A stretch of DNA of 64,000 nucleotides from contig JAUFOQ010000016.1 in assembly GCA_040285855.1 (NCBI GenBank), positions 930,001 through 994,000 on the forward strand, written 5' to 3'. The position numbers and the translations under genes are program-made. Of the stretch, positions 15,228 through 29,410 are shown piece after piece. Numbering within the stretch: position 1 is the stretch's first letter; each line of letters starts with the position of its first letter. The notes beneath the pieces are model-generated. The model did no database searches and was not told where the DNA came from. It was given only the letters and a program-made list of their open reading frames with translations. This DNA comes from Eukaryota sp. GEM-RC1 (Eukaryota).

Positions 15228-15397
15228 TAACTTCTGAACTAATTCTTTAATAAATTTTGTAACTCTCTCTAAATGTTCCTACATATCAGTCAGTACATAT
15301 CACTTTCAAATATAGTTGCAAATCACAAATTTTGGACATTGTGAGTCACAACAATCACATCACACTTCAGTTGGAAAATATCAAAAATCGATTCTCA

Positions 15398-17928
15398 ATG
15401 TTACCTCTTACATCAGACACAGTAGATCCTATTACTGAACATGATTCCCACAAACCACTTGCTTTTCAAGTCAAATTGTTCCGTAATTCAATCATCATCG
15501 TCATACTCTTAATTGTTCTTGCGTTTCTTGGAGTGTTATATACTCTTTTAATTTCGAGCCCAAGACAACTTCAACAATCTGCCAATGCATTAGAAGCTGA
15601 ATTTGATGTTGATTCCGTTCTAGACTTCGTTCATCAGATTACCAAACTTGGACCTCATCCATTTGGATCTCCTGCGCAACGTGAACACGTTCTCCCATAC
15701 GTTTTCAACGAAGCCATACCATCTGTTGTCAATCTCGCAAGATCTCTCAATTGGGAAGCTGGCCAATCTGTCATCTGTTCAGACGGAACTGCAATGATTG
15801 AAGGAGCTCCTTACGCCTACTACAATGTCTGCAATGGAGTACTCTCCTTTGCGCCTCCAGGTATCTCCCTCGACTCCCCTGGAATCGTTCTCTCTGCTCA
15901 TATAGACTCAATCTTCTGGGCTCCTGGTGCTTTTGACAACGCTATCAACGCTGGTATTGCCCTTGAACTTTCTCGTGGTATTCTCAAACACTCTTCCAAT
16001 CTAGATTCATTCAAACATCCCATCCATATCATCCTTGGAGATGCTGAAGAGATCGGACTCTTTACCTCTCATGTCGCCATCAACACTATGCCTGAGAAAC
16101 TAGGTGTTGTAATTAACTTGGAAGCTGTTGGATGGGGAGGGAAGTCAGTATTGTTTAGGTGGACTCCTGAACACCAGTCCTCTTTACTTAAACATGTACG
16201 TAAAGCTTCTGATGTTTTGGTGGCTGGAATTGCTACTGATATCTTTGCCTCTGGAATTATTGGATCCATGACTGATTACTATTACTACTCAACTGTTTGT
16301 CCCGTGTTAGACTTTGCTTTTGTTGAGAAAACTGAACGCTATCATACCTATTTCGATCGTTATCCTCAAGACAAGAAAGAAGAAGAGGAAATGAAGAGGT
16401 CTGCTGCTGATACTTTGGTTAACTTGTACCAAATAGTAGAATCAATTGCTTCTGAAGATGAACTAGACTTTGATTCTGGATCTGGATCTTGGTTCATTTT
16501 GCCTGTACCTGGAATTGTAATTCTAGTGTTCCCTGCTGTTTTCACTAACACTTTCTTGCTAGTTGGGTTCATCTTTCTGGTGTTTGTTGTAATCAGAAAA
16601 GACTATTCTCTTAAGCGTGAGGTGAAAAATCCCGATTTGAACTGGTTCTTAGTTGTTGGATTCGTCATTGGTCAACTATTGATTCCAATCATTTTATGCG
16701 CTTTCTTTGGGTTCATTTTAAGGGCTGTCAACTCAATGAGTCTTCATGCTTTTCCAGTTGTTGCAACCTCAATGTTCTTTTTGCTGACAACTTCTGGACT
16801 CTTTTTGCTCATTTTATGTTGTTCAACGGTACCAATGATCGTGTTTTTCTACGTGTTTTAATTTCAAACATCCATTATATTTTGGTGTTCTTATTTTCCG
16901 TTGTCTTTGGACTCTACTCAAATGCTGTTTTCGCCATACTATTGATTGTTTCTCTTTCTGCTATCATTACTGTCTTCATTGACTCCAAGCCATCCTTTAA
17001 CAAGTCAAATACAAGAGAGAATCTGTGCGGTTGGAAGTTTTGTAGAGTTATTCCGTTCGTTATTGCTACATTTCTTACAGTTTCTGCTTTTGGACCAGTC
17101 TACTTCCTCTTTGGTCAGTTCATGGCTGGTAATATGGCTAGAACTTCCCCTACTTATCCAGCAGATGTTGTTTTTGCTGTCGTTATTTGTGTGTTGACTT
17201 ACTTGTTTGTTGGTCCTCTTTTATCTTTTTTCCAATCATTTAGGACAAAGCTAGTTTCTTTACCTTTATTTTCAATCGTGTCCTTTACTGGAGCCACTGT
17301 TCTTCTCATCTTTTTGATGTTTGCCAACATTTACTCAGATTCATCTCCTCTCCGTGTTACTCTTCATCATGAACACATCCCTGCTACCAACGAGTCTAGA
17401 GTTGCCTTCGCCTGGCCTCACCCTGCTTCTATTGATGTTCTAAAGGATGAACTTACAAGCATTGGTTACAAACCCTTTGATTGTAGAACTAACATGCCTT
17501 ATCTCATGGACGCTGTGTGCGTGAATGTTGAACCTTTGGAAGTTTCTCGTCCAGAATATGTATTTGAAAAAGTGGGATTCAATGAAGAAAACAAGGAGTA
17601 TAATTATACTCTGACTGTTACTTGCTTTGAACCGGGACGAATTGGACTTCAGTTTCCTTCTCATTTAACAATGGTATTTGATGGTCATTTGATTGATAAC
17701 GCTGACGGAAATGCTTTATCTGTCTCAAATAATGTTGTAACTTTGAATTTTGGAGATGATGTTGATGAGTTCAAATATTCTATCATTATTGGAGATGTTG
17801 AGGCTGATATCGAAGTTACTGTACTTGAAACGTCTCATCGATTTTCTTCTCAATTGCATGAGGTTGTAGATAAACTTCACCCCAGAATTCACCCTTGGGG
17901 TAAATCCTTTTACCTGGAGAAGTGGTAA
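15398..17928 (+). CDS. M28 family membrane metallopeptidase (ERMP1/PFF1-like; frameshift near 16850)
   Basis: SAHIDS, GAFDN, DAEEIGL, NLEAVG, TDY and YHT..D zinc motifs followed by multiple TM helices. Confidence 0.85.
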
Positions 17929-18455
17929 CTATTAATCATGTGGTGGTCCATGTTTAAACACACTATTAATCATGTATAATTGAGTTTAGTTACAGGTACA
18001 ATATATGGATAGTGCATTATAAAATAGTTTTATTAAACGCCTTTTGTTTTCAATTACAGTGCAAATCCTTTCTTTTCAATAACATATCGATATGTATTAA
18101 TAATAACACTACAGTGTACATAATAATTAATATACTCAAAGACCAAACTGCCTATTCGGAAATCGCACCTACCATATCCTTATAATGACTGTCAAGTGAT
18201 ATTAAAGCATCGGAAACAGTAGTCACCATAGGTTTAAAGATAGCAAACACAATTCCCTTTTTCCAAAATCTAAGATAATAAGTCGTAGTAGATGTGTTTT
18301 CTTTTCCATTCCTCACAAAAATTTCAGGCAATGATGTTGCAGATTCACCTAAAAAACCACTAAGCGAAACGTCACGAGTAATATGAGTGTGAAATCGAAT
18401 TCAAGTTGTTTTTTCGTCCTGTAATTGGTCTGAGAGTACAGTCTTCATCTCAATC

Positions 18456-19882
18456 ATGGCTGCTGGAGACCACACACACTTTGGTGAAGTACTTGAGGAA
18501 CTCACAGATGTAACAATCCAATCCCCTTCTCATTCTCAAGATACTAATAGTCTTTCCACTCACGTATCTATCCTAAAATCATCAACCATTGAATCACAGG
18601 TGCTTACGACCATCAGAAACATCCGCCATACGGTATCAACTAATGGTCCTGACCTTGAAACCAACATAGCCTTTTGTATCAACCAGGGTATCATTCCTCA
18701 TCTCATATCACTTCTTGAATCATCTAACGCTGAGCTGTGTTTTGAATCTGCCTGGGTCTTGACCAATTTTGCCAGTACTTCTGATTCGGCTCATACCCAT
18801 TCACTGGTCAATGCTGGAGGTTTAGAAGCTCTCTTTAAATGCATGATCAACACTACACACACCAATATCAAAGATCAATGTTGCTGGGGATTAGGTAACA
18901 TTGCTGGTGAGAATGCCCAGTGTGCAGAACTCTTTCTAACTCCTGATTACATTAAAGCCATTGCTTCCACTGTCCAACGCTTTATTGAATTAGATGCTTG
19001 TACTCCGCTTTCTAATGCCACGTGGATGATGGCTAATATCTTCAGATGGAAGTTGTTTGATGATCTGGACATCTATGCACCACTAGTAGAAGTCTGTAAA
19101 AAGATCTTCTCAATGATGTCTAAGTATATGGAAGGCGGATTCCACAATTTAGTGGAATCTTTACTTTGGGTTTTTTGTTATCTTGGAGATGTCTTTGCAC
19201 AATCATACCCCAATTATCTCACAAAGGAATTGACCTTTGCAATTGGAGCTTTAATTCATGATTCCAATGCAATCATAATTAATGTTGCCTTGAGATTTAT
19301 TGGCAATGTGTTCTCAGATTGTTGTCCTTTTGTAACAGAAATGGTGGATGAATTAGATCTAATTATCCCTCTGTGTAAAATTCTAGATCCTTCACGTCCT
19401 TTAAAAAAGAAAAAAAGAAGTTCTCTGGATTTTTAGTAATATATTGGGAGAATCTGCTGATTCTGTCGACCTTTGTTTCAACAAGGGTCTCATCCCAATT
19501 ATTATTAAATACCTTACTCACGATGACCATTCTTTATTCATGGAAAGTGGATGGTGTGTCTTAAATACTGTTAACATTTGTTCTTATGAACAACTCTTGA
19601 TTCTGGCAGAAAATGACCTTTTGATACTGTTATCAAAGGATTGTCAAGGCCCAATTCTAAAGCCGTTGAACATTCAATTAATATTCTTTCATCATTTGCT
19701 CGTCGATTGATTGAGGTTCCAGAACCACTTCCAAGAGAACTTCCTAGTTTGACCGCTCTTTTGAAACAGCAAAGGTTATGGAAAATGTGACAGCAATAGG
19801 TGTCGACGGTATTGATTGCAATGATGATTATGAGTTTCTTTTCTTTTCGGAATTTGAGTCGTTTTTTCCTAATGAATATTAG
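18456..19882 (+). CDS. Importin-alpha-like ARM-repeat protein lacking an obvious IBB domain (frameshifts near 19410 and further 3')
   Basis: FESAWVLTNFAS, DQCCWGLGNIAGE, NATWMMANI, ALRFIGNV and ESGWCVLN. Confidence 0.8.
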
Positions 19883-20684
19883 TGTATGAAGATATGAGGG
19901 ATAAACAACATGAACACTGAATTAAACTAGAGAATTTGTGTGGTAGCATCAAAGGGCCTGCGGTCATTTTAAGGATACTATTCGATCATGACAGAGTACA
20001 AAGTCTGTATGATCTCTCTGACTTGATCTATTGGTCAAGTCTCTAATGAAACTATGATGTGTTCACAAGTTCTAACATTGAAGACAAACAAACGGATGAG
20101 TCTTTACAAGTTAGATACGGTTATGTCCATTATACTTTGTGAGATCAGTAAAGATAAGTCGTACATGTTTGTACTCCTAATGAGATCCGTCCTTATAAAA
20201 ACTGGAAATGAGTGATGACAAGAATGAAGATTGATGTAAAAGAACAATAAAATAGGTGTGAATAGTTTCAAAAATGTGTAAAATGGAAGATGAATGGTGT
20301 TCTTGTTTATTCAAATTGAAGTGTTCCAATGTATAATGATAGTATTTTTCATGGCAAAAATATATTGTAATACACTGTTTTCGATCCCTGAGTACCACAC
20401 AATTTTTGGACGACTATATGAACGTTTACACTGTTTCAATTTGAATTCGATTTTAAAATAGTTAATCTTTTAGTTGATGTTGCAAGTGTAAAGGGTTTCA
20501 CTGTCTTGACCTAAAAACGAATTCTACATGTGTTTCAGAGAAAGACACACAACAGAAAAATGTCAAATAAATAGTGACTGGTAAAACAAACTACAATTTA
20601 CCCCATTCCGAAAAGTAGTTACCACAATGCAAATTGGCCAAAATGAAATCAACATACTATTAACTAGTGCTACGAGAAATTTTT

Positions 20685-20770
20685 CTACGTTTCCGAAACG
20701 TTTCCAATAAACATATCAGTATGGAAACGGCATGGAAACGTTAAGTACGTTTCGGAAACGTAATTTCGGG
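20685..20770. repeat. Inverted or palindromic GTTTCCGAAAC-type repeat cluster, probable MITE remnant
   Basis: TACGTTTCCGAAACGT ... ACGTTTCGGAAACGTA inverted pair with internal GGAAACG copies. Confidence 0.5.
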
Positions 20771-21762
20771 TCTGGTTTTATACTGTTTTTGTACGACAGA
20801 AACTCACCAAATACTACAGATTGATACAGTTTGAGTGAGATAATTCCCTAAAACTCAATTTCAAGCCACCAAGAAGAATATCGGCAATTTCATCTAGTTG
20901 TTGAACTAAATCATTCGAAACTTCTTCGTCTTCTTCAACTTATATGATTACTGATAAATCCCAGAAATTTCATTTAAATTCGTTTTGGTAAAAGAAGAGC
21001 TGATGTCATAGTTCCATCAGCCAATGATGAACTGATTGTTGATGTGATTACCGTGGATGTTTGTAAAAAAATCTCCTTTAAAGAAGCTAAAAATGATGTC
21101 TCCTTTTGACTTTTCAGAACAATTTAAAAAGAACAAACACGATGTTCCCTTTACTGCTCTCAAACATACACAGCACGTTGAGTTCAAATTGTGTGATTTT
21201 GCATTTTCAAATTATGATCGGCTCGTTGTTTTCTCTCTTATATTGAAAAAGTTACTACAAAAAGAATTAACAAAGCAGTTCGATCATAAGTGTTGGATGA
21301 ATCGTATGTGATACCTTCAGTACAAAGGGAAAAGGATATATATATATAAATGAATTATAATGACTATAGTACATGTATGTAACTATACTAATACCTTTGG
21401 CTAAGATAATCTAACAATTCCTGATATGCTCTCGAAAGCTCTTTTTGCTCTTGGTGTTATCTATGTAAAAAAGCTTTTGTGAGATTCGATGGCAATGGTT
21501 GTTGCTTTTATGATAGTGAGATAAGAACAAAACTATTCTGTTCCATAAAGGTTTTTGTATTGATCTTAAATCCGTCTATCGAATAGAACAGACTTTTGAA
21601 GTATTCTGTTGAATGTAGAATCCGTCGCCGACCACCAAGTAGATTTGAAGGAGATAAACCATGTATTATGTATTATGTATTATGTACACTGTAGGATTGA
21701 GTAAAAATGGCGGGAAGCTTTCAAATAAAAGAGTTGAGTTCTGTGCGAAAAAATCCTTCTTC

Positions 21763-23133
<1,371 letters not shown>

Positions 23134-23282
23134 GATGTTATTTGTACTTAATAAATTTTGAATATTTGTTAAGAGTCAGAATTAGTATAGTACACAACTC
23201 CATGAACTGAATGGACAGATGATCTTTTCTTCATTTTATCAGCATTCAATCAAGCTTGGCTAGATCTAAAATTGTTTGGAAT

Positions 23283-24066
23283 TCTTATACGTGTGACAAA
23301 ATGGCCAACATTTTCTTATACGTGTGACAACACAATTCTCTTTTTCTTATACGTGTGACAACTGTCAAGTCCATGAATCCCAACATCCTACATGTTACTC
23401 CATTCCCCAATAATCCACATCAACTTCTTTTTAATTCATTTGATGCTTGTTTCTCGTCATGGCAAACTTATGCTGCTGAACAAGGATTTGCCATCCGAAT
23501 TGAAGGTGGAACGGAAGAACGTGGGCGTTGTTATTTCACTTGTTATGCTTCCGGTAGTTATGTTCAGGAAGGAAATAATAAAAGACCCCGTAAAACAAGA
23601 AAAGCTCAATGTCCTTGGAAAGTATATGTAAAACGAACATCTGCAGGCCAATGACTCACATATCCCAGAGTAAATGGTCACTCTCACCAAATGTTGCAGG
23701 AGCCTTCGACACTTTTCCATCACCGTGTCGTATCCCCAACCCAGAAGAATATATTGGAGTGTCTAAATCCAACTTATCCAGTCAGAAGCGTACTTGCAGA
23801 TTTGAACAGGCTAGATGGTCCCACAAATCTCACACGCAAAGATGTATCGAATCACCGTCAAGCGGTCCGCAAAGAAATTATTGGTGAAGATTCCTGTATT
23901 GAGGGCGCTGCACGAGAATATGGGGATCGCTACTATATTCAGGTGAACGAAGACCCATTTTGTGTCTTAATCTCTTTTTTTATACCTATAAAGTCTATCT
24001 ATATCAGTTGTTTACATTGGTATCCATTTCTTTGATTTTGGAATTCAAATTCTGTCACACGTATAG
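23283..24066 (+). mobile_element. Internally deleted Mutator-like (MULE) element with a FAR1/WRKY-type DNA-binding domain fragment
   Basis: ORF 23355-23654 reads YAAEQGFAIRI...YFTC...RKTRKAQCPWKVYV and continues in 23691-24035. TATACGTGTGACA occurs three times at the left (about 23286-23361) and inverted once at the right (about 24053-24065). Confidence 0.65.
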
Positions 24067-24231
24067 CCGTTCTCATCAAGTTTGACTTTCTATTTCTCGA
24101 TGCATTTTCCCTTACCAAAACGTGTATTACACATGTTTATGAAGCTAATTCAAACCACTCTTAATCTGTGTCACTTTCCCCCAAACAATGTAAGTGCACA
24201 CAGGAACCACTCTCTCGTTTTCAAGGTGTTT

Positions 24232-24328
24232 TCGAGTCATGACATTTCATGACGTGACACGACTTGAAGTCACGTCGACTTAAGGTTTTTGTAACGACGT
24301 CATGACGTCGTCGTGACTTTTGAGTCTG
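24232..24328. repeat. GTCATGAC/GACGTC palindrome-rich cluster, probable MITE end
   Basis: Repeated CATGAC, CACGAC, GTCGAC and GACGTC motifs ending in GAGTCTG. Confidence 0.4.
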
Positions 24329-24897
24329 TTTATTTATACTCCTTTTTTCTAAATGATGATGGGTTATTTGTTATAATTGGGTGCTACTTTACTCCTTCTC
24401 TTTTATAAAAATGATAGGTAGACTCATATTGTGGTCACTAGAAGATAATAAGATCAGTGCTGCTTCAAATTAATAACTTGGAAAGGCCTTCTTTTATGTT
24501 TTGTCATGTTTAGTTTGGTGGTGAAACCCATAAATTTTTAGTCATTGTCGCTTTTAAATAAATTTAGTTCTCACCATGACTTTCGAAAGTTTTCATAAGT
24601 CGAGTTAGTTTGTATTGTTCTGCATTTTTGTATTTTCTGTATATTTTTCAGGGAGTGGCTGTTTTTCCCAAGTACATGTACATGTACTGTACATGTATGC
24701 CTTAAATTACATTCTCAATAATTGTTAAATTTCAATTTGACCCAAACGCCAACTAATGTTCTGTGATCGCGAACATAAATCCGAGTCACTAAAATGTTTG
24801 TTAAGACAAATAGAAAACATATCAAAACTAACTACAGTTAGCTTTTTGTAAACTTTTTGTCGAAAGTGAGTGAAACAACTTCTTGGTGATTGATCTG

Positions 24898-25590
24898 ATG
24901 CAGACACCATCCTGGAAACTCTCTCCTAACACAGTTTTGCTTGTTGAACAACAACGAAGCAATCCTATAGTGTCTTCTATCAAAGCTGTTCGTTCATTCT
25001 TTGTACCTTCATTAAGAGGAGCTGACTTTGCTTATGATACTCATGCCTGTGGTCTTCTTCTGAGTCTTCGCTACCACAACTCTTCTCCTCGGTACATATA
25101 CAACAGAGTCAATAAACTTCCATCATCCACCAACTGTTGTCTCATTCTTTTGATGGACTTTAATAGTGACTCACTCATGGCCATAACTGAACTCTGTCTC
25201 GTCAGCAACATTAAACTCTATCTGGCACATACTTATAGAGAAGCTGCTTCGTACATTGAAGTCCTACGGCAAATTGCTGAAAACAAGCCAAAGACAACAG
25301 CTAATCTGTCTCTAATCACTGATGATCCTGTTCAATTTTTATCTGACGCCGTTCCCAGGTTGAGTAAACGACACATTGAAGGTCTTTTCAAAGAGTTCAA
25401 GACTCTTAAGGGAATTGCCAATGCTTCTGTGAGTAGTTTAGCTTCAGTTAATCATATTGGTCCTAAGACTGCGAAAAAGATTTGGAACTTGTTCAATGGA
25501 CCTTTTGTTCCAACTAGAAAGCGTACAATAACTGACTATGTTACACCAAAGAAACGGAAGTTATTGACATCGACTGACAATAACTGGTGA
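24898..25590 (+). CDS. ERCC1: ERCC1/Rad10 excision repair protein
   Basis: QRSNPIV...ADF...LLLSLRYH...YIYNRV, EAASYIE and a C-terminal HhH (HIGPKTAKKIW). Confidence 0.85.
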   Translation: MQTPSWKLSPNTVLLVEQQRSNPIVSSIKAVRSFFVPSLRGADFAYDTHACGLLLSLRYHNSSPRYIYNRVNKLPSSTNCCLILLMDFNSDSLMAITELCLVSNIKLYLAHTYREAASYIEVLRQIAENKPKTTANLSLITDDPVQFLSDAVPRLSKRHIEGLFKEFKTLKGIANASVSSLASVNHIGPKTAKKIWNLFNGPFVPTRKRTITDYVTPKKRKLLTSTDNNW

Positions 25591-25923
25591 CTGATGATTA
25601 ATTCATTTATTTGGAAACTCGACAATAGTTAGCCATTTCAACATGTCTTAATTTTGAAGGAGTACCATGTTCGACAGAAGTGATTTAGTACGAGCTAAAA
25701 TGTACTGTTGTATAACTGTTAATACTATTCTGATTGTGTATTAATGACTATAATGTTCTCTATCAAAAAGCACAGTCCTTTCTTGGTCTCATGATCAGGT
25801 CCAACATCCAGAGATTGAGTATATCGAGGGCAGACTGAATGTGTAAAGAATTTAGTTTAATGATAAATTTGAAAATTACATCTGAGTCCAAAACTCGTCA
25901 CTTGTAACATAAATACAAAAGTT

Positions 25924-26940
25924 CTAATAAGTAATTGCTTTCTTAGGACATCCATCGACACACCTCAAACACCCCATACACTCAGTGTTTCTCAACTTCA
26001 GAACCACCTTCCCATCATCTCTAGCCTTGCCTATCTGCTCACTAAGTAAAATTCCCATATCACAGTCAGCATCGCATTTGCGACAAGAAATACACTTGGT
26101 AGTATCAACAGTTAGCTTGTACATTGAAGTTTTCCCAATCAATGAATACATCGCTCCAAAGGGACAAACCCAACGACAGAAGGATCTGTTTCCAAGAAGA
26201 GGCATAATGAACAAAGAAAGAAAATACAAATCTGGAACAAAATGCCAATGGCGGGCCACAGCAGATGAAAACTCCTTGGAAAATAAAGGAACGTACATGA
26301 CAAAAATCATTAGAAACATATACATCATCACAAAGTACTTGATAAATCGGAGTCGATCCCATCCCTTACCTCTCTTAGTACTTCCTCTAAAAGCAAACCC
26401 AACTGTTTCCCTAGTAGAGACGCATGTACAGATCAAGCCACAGTCCAATCGTCTTCCAAAAACAATCATTAAAGAACCCCAAATCCAGAAGGTCAATGAC
26501 CCTGGGGAGTGAACCCGGGGTATCCAGCGTCCTTGTCAAGGAAGGGAAAGGGGACAGTGTAACCAAGGCTGGAGGCAATGATGGGGATGATTAGGTATAG
26601 GGATACTGTACCAAAAACAACAATGTACATTCTCATTAAATCAGAGCGGATGTTGGTGGAGTACAGTCGCCAGATTCCAAAAAAGAAACATCACTATTAC
26701 TTCAGTGAATGATGATAAAAGGAAAGTATCAATATGATACGAAGAGTCACGGAGATAGCTGTTGTTGATGTAGGCGGCACATATCCAGAATATTCCAATG
26801 TAGGAGAGGAAAACTACAAGCCGTTTGTTTTTGATCTTGTATCGAGATCTAGGTAATTTCTTTGACAACTTTCGGGACGGTGAATCATTGTTGTTGTTGA
26901 TTAAGAGATCATGTTCCATTGTCGTAGATTCCTTCTGCAT
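25924..26940 (-). CDS. Membrane 4Fe-4S-binding protein (NapH/MauN/YccM-like polyferredoxin; frameshifts near 26500-26660)
   Basis: TM helices, RSFCRWVCPFGA, CISCRKCDADC and CMGCLRCVDGCP. Confidence 0.8.
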
Positions 26941-26989
26941 CTAGAAGTACAGGAATGGAGAGGAGAAATATCATGATTTTTCTGTTTCA

Positions 26990-27160
26990 ATGGAATCGTC
27001 TCTTCACAATCTTATGCAAGATGAACGTATTGCTGCAGAACAGTACATTGCGCAACATCCTGAATTAGAAAAGTCTCTACGTGATCTTATGGCTGCTATT
27101 CTTTCCGAGCGACCCGAAAATCCTATCGAGTTTGCCAAAACCTACTTTCAAAATTGCTAG
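26990..27160 (+). CDS. Small RIIa/DPY-30-type dimerization-docking domain protein (56 aa, missing from the ORF track)
   Basis: My translation: MESSLHNLMQDERIAAEQYIAQHPELEKSLRDLMAAILSERPENPIEFAKTYFQNC*. The L..L...IL..RP.NP.EFA..YF pattern matches this domain. Confidence 0.8.
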   Translation: MESSLHNLMQDERIAAEQYIAQHPELEKSLRDLMAAILSERPENPIEFAKTYFQNC

Positions 27161-28065
27161 TCCTTTTGGTGGTTTCTGTTGCCTGTTCTGTATTATATGT
27201 TTTTCTCCTTTAAATGCTATCTTCATTTTCAGCATCCATGATTCTTTTAAATGATTCTACAATCCATATCATTTAAGTCTTGATATTAACAATAAATTCA
27301 ATGTCTTTTTTAGCGGCAAAAAAGTAGGATGTTCTATCATCTTATATATTTGATTAAATTCGCTCTATTCACTGCCCTAACACAATCAAACCAGTTTGCT
27401 GGCTCTGTAATGTTCCGAGCCACTACAGTAGAATGAAAGATTCTAAAGAAATGAGCGTATATAATGACAGCGACATTTGTTATTCATCTATTAAAATATT
27501 GGTCTTACCTTTTTTTAGTTTGGTTTGTCCAGTAAACCATTATCAGAGACATGAACTCTGCGGCGGCAACTCAAAACTGTAGTGATTTGGGAAGTGACTG
27601 TTTCTTTGACATTTTTTTGATGTCAGTGATATACATTTAGGTGACTTCATGGAAATGTACTCACGAGTGTTGTTGTTAATAAACGATAATTAATAAGCCT
27701 TCTTTAAAGTTGGAGAAAAAGGAGTTACATAAATGAACAATCAAAAATTTACCAAAGGATTGCACTAAATGGTGCTGATTGATTCTACAAATTGGGAATG
27801 TTTTGTTACCTGTGTCTATTAAGACGAAGACGAACTATGTATTGAGGGTAAAGACACTAGGGTTGAATTCAATATATATGCATATATTATACTGACTACG
27901 TAACCATACTAATACCTTTGGCTAACATTACCTCTTCTCTTCTTTCGAGCTCCTTGTTCTCTTAGCCACAGGTGTCTTAACAATATATATTTCCTTAGTT
28001 GCGACATCAAGTCCATGAAGCTTCATTCATCAGAAGACACAAAGACACCAAGTTATAATTACATG

Positions 28066-28758
28066 TACAACATTTGTAACTACAACATTTGGTGATACAA
28101 CATTTGTAACTACAACATTTGGTGATACAACATTTGTAACTACAACATTTGTAACTACAACATTTGGTGATACAACATTTGTAACTACAACATTTGTAAC
28201 TACAACATTTGGTGATACAACATTTGTAACTACAACATTTGTATCTATTTTTAGTATTATTTGTTTGTTTTTACAATTTCATAGTTTGTAGAAAGGTTAC
28301 CTTATTGGGTGCCGAATAAACATCTCACATTTGTAACTACAACATTTGTAACTACAACATTTGGTGATACAACATTTGTAACTACAACATTTGGTGATAC
28401 AACATTTGTAACTACAAAATTTGTAACTACAACATTTGGTGATACAACATTTGTAACTACAACATTTGTAACTACAACATTTGGTGATACAACATTTGGT
28501 GATACAACATTTGTAACTACAACATTTGTATCTATTTTTAGTATTATTTGTTTGTTTTTACAATTTCATAGTTTGTAGAAAGGTTACCTTATTGGGTGCC
28601 GAATAAACATCTCACATTTGTAACTACAACATTTGTAACTACAACATTTGGTGATACAACATTTGTAACTACAACATTTGGTGATACAACATTTGTAACT
28701 ACAAAATTTGTAACTACAACATTTGGTGATACAACATTTGTAACTACAACATTTGTAA
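28066..28758. repeat. 15-bp minisatellite (TACAACATTTGTAAC / TACAACATTTGGTGA) in three blocks separated by two identical approximately 86-bp spacers; probable subterminal repeat arm of a DNA transposon
   Basis: Seen directly. Further copies occur at 59982-60038 (unit) and 12902-12980 (spacer). Confidence 0.9.
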
Positions 28759-29410
28759 TGAAAGTGTCGTATGTGTAATGAATTGTTGACCTAGACATTG
28801 ATATTTTTTTTAAACACAACCAATAAAATATACAACCTCAGTTTATCAAACTTAACTAACACTACTATATCCCCCCATCACCCTCGCAAACATCACAGCC
28901 AACGAAAACGACTCCTTATATCCAATCCCACAACAATACTCACACATCACTTCACGAAATTCATCCAATATTCCCAAACAATGTTCATCACACATCACTT
29001 CATCATTTAAATCTAATATCGACATAACAAAAGTATTGGTCAACGACAACACATTAAAGTACTTGTCCCTATCATTCAAATGAAAACTCAAAATTTCCGC
29101 CATCAATAAATTTAAATCTTTTAACAACTGAAGTTTCAAACTCATATGTGATTGACAGTCTGATGTTGTACCACTTTGGTTCCAATGCAGTGGTACAATA
29201 TCGTGGACAATTGTAAGAACCTTTGTTTCTGTCTGCATGGAAATAGTACGAGTATTGTTCAAGTTGTTTTCAAAGTCTGTCTGAAGACCAAGTGAATTTG
29301 GTAATCTGTTGACAGATTCAGTGACCTCATGTTGTGCACTATTTTTGATAATTTCAAACTAGGTAAATTCAAATTTGGTTTGAGAGTATTTCGAGACAAT
29401 AGATTTGGTC

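Noticed and set aside
28066..28758. CRISPR array or real TTTFV-repeat proteins (ORFs 28309, 28589, 28596)
   Set aside because: A pure 15-bp minisatellite with identical spacers. The ORFs are by-products of a stop-free repeat.
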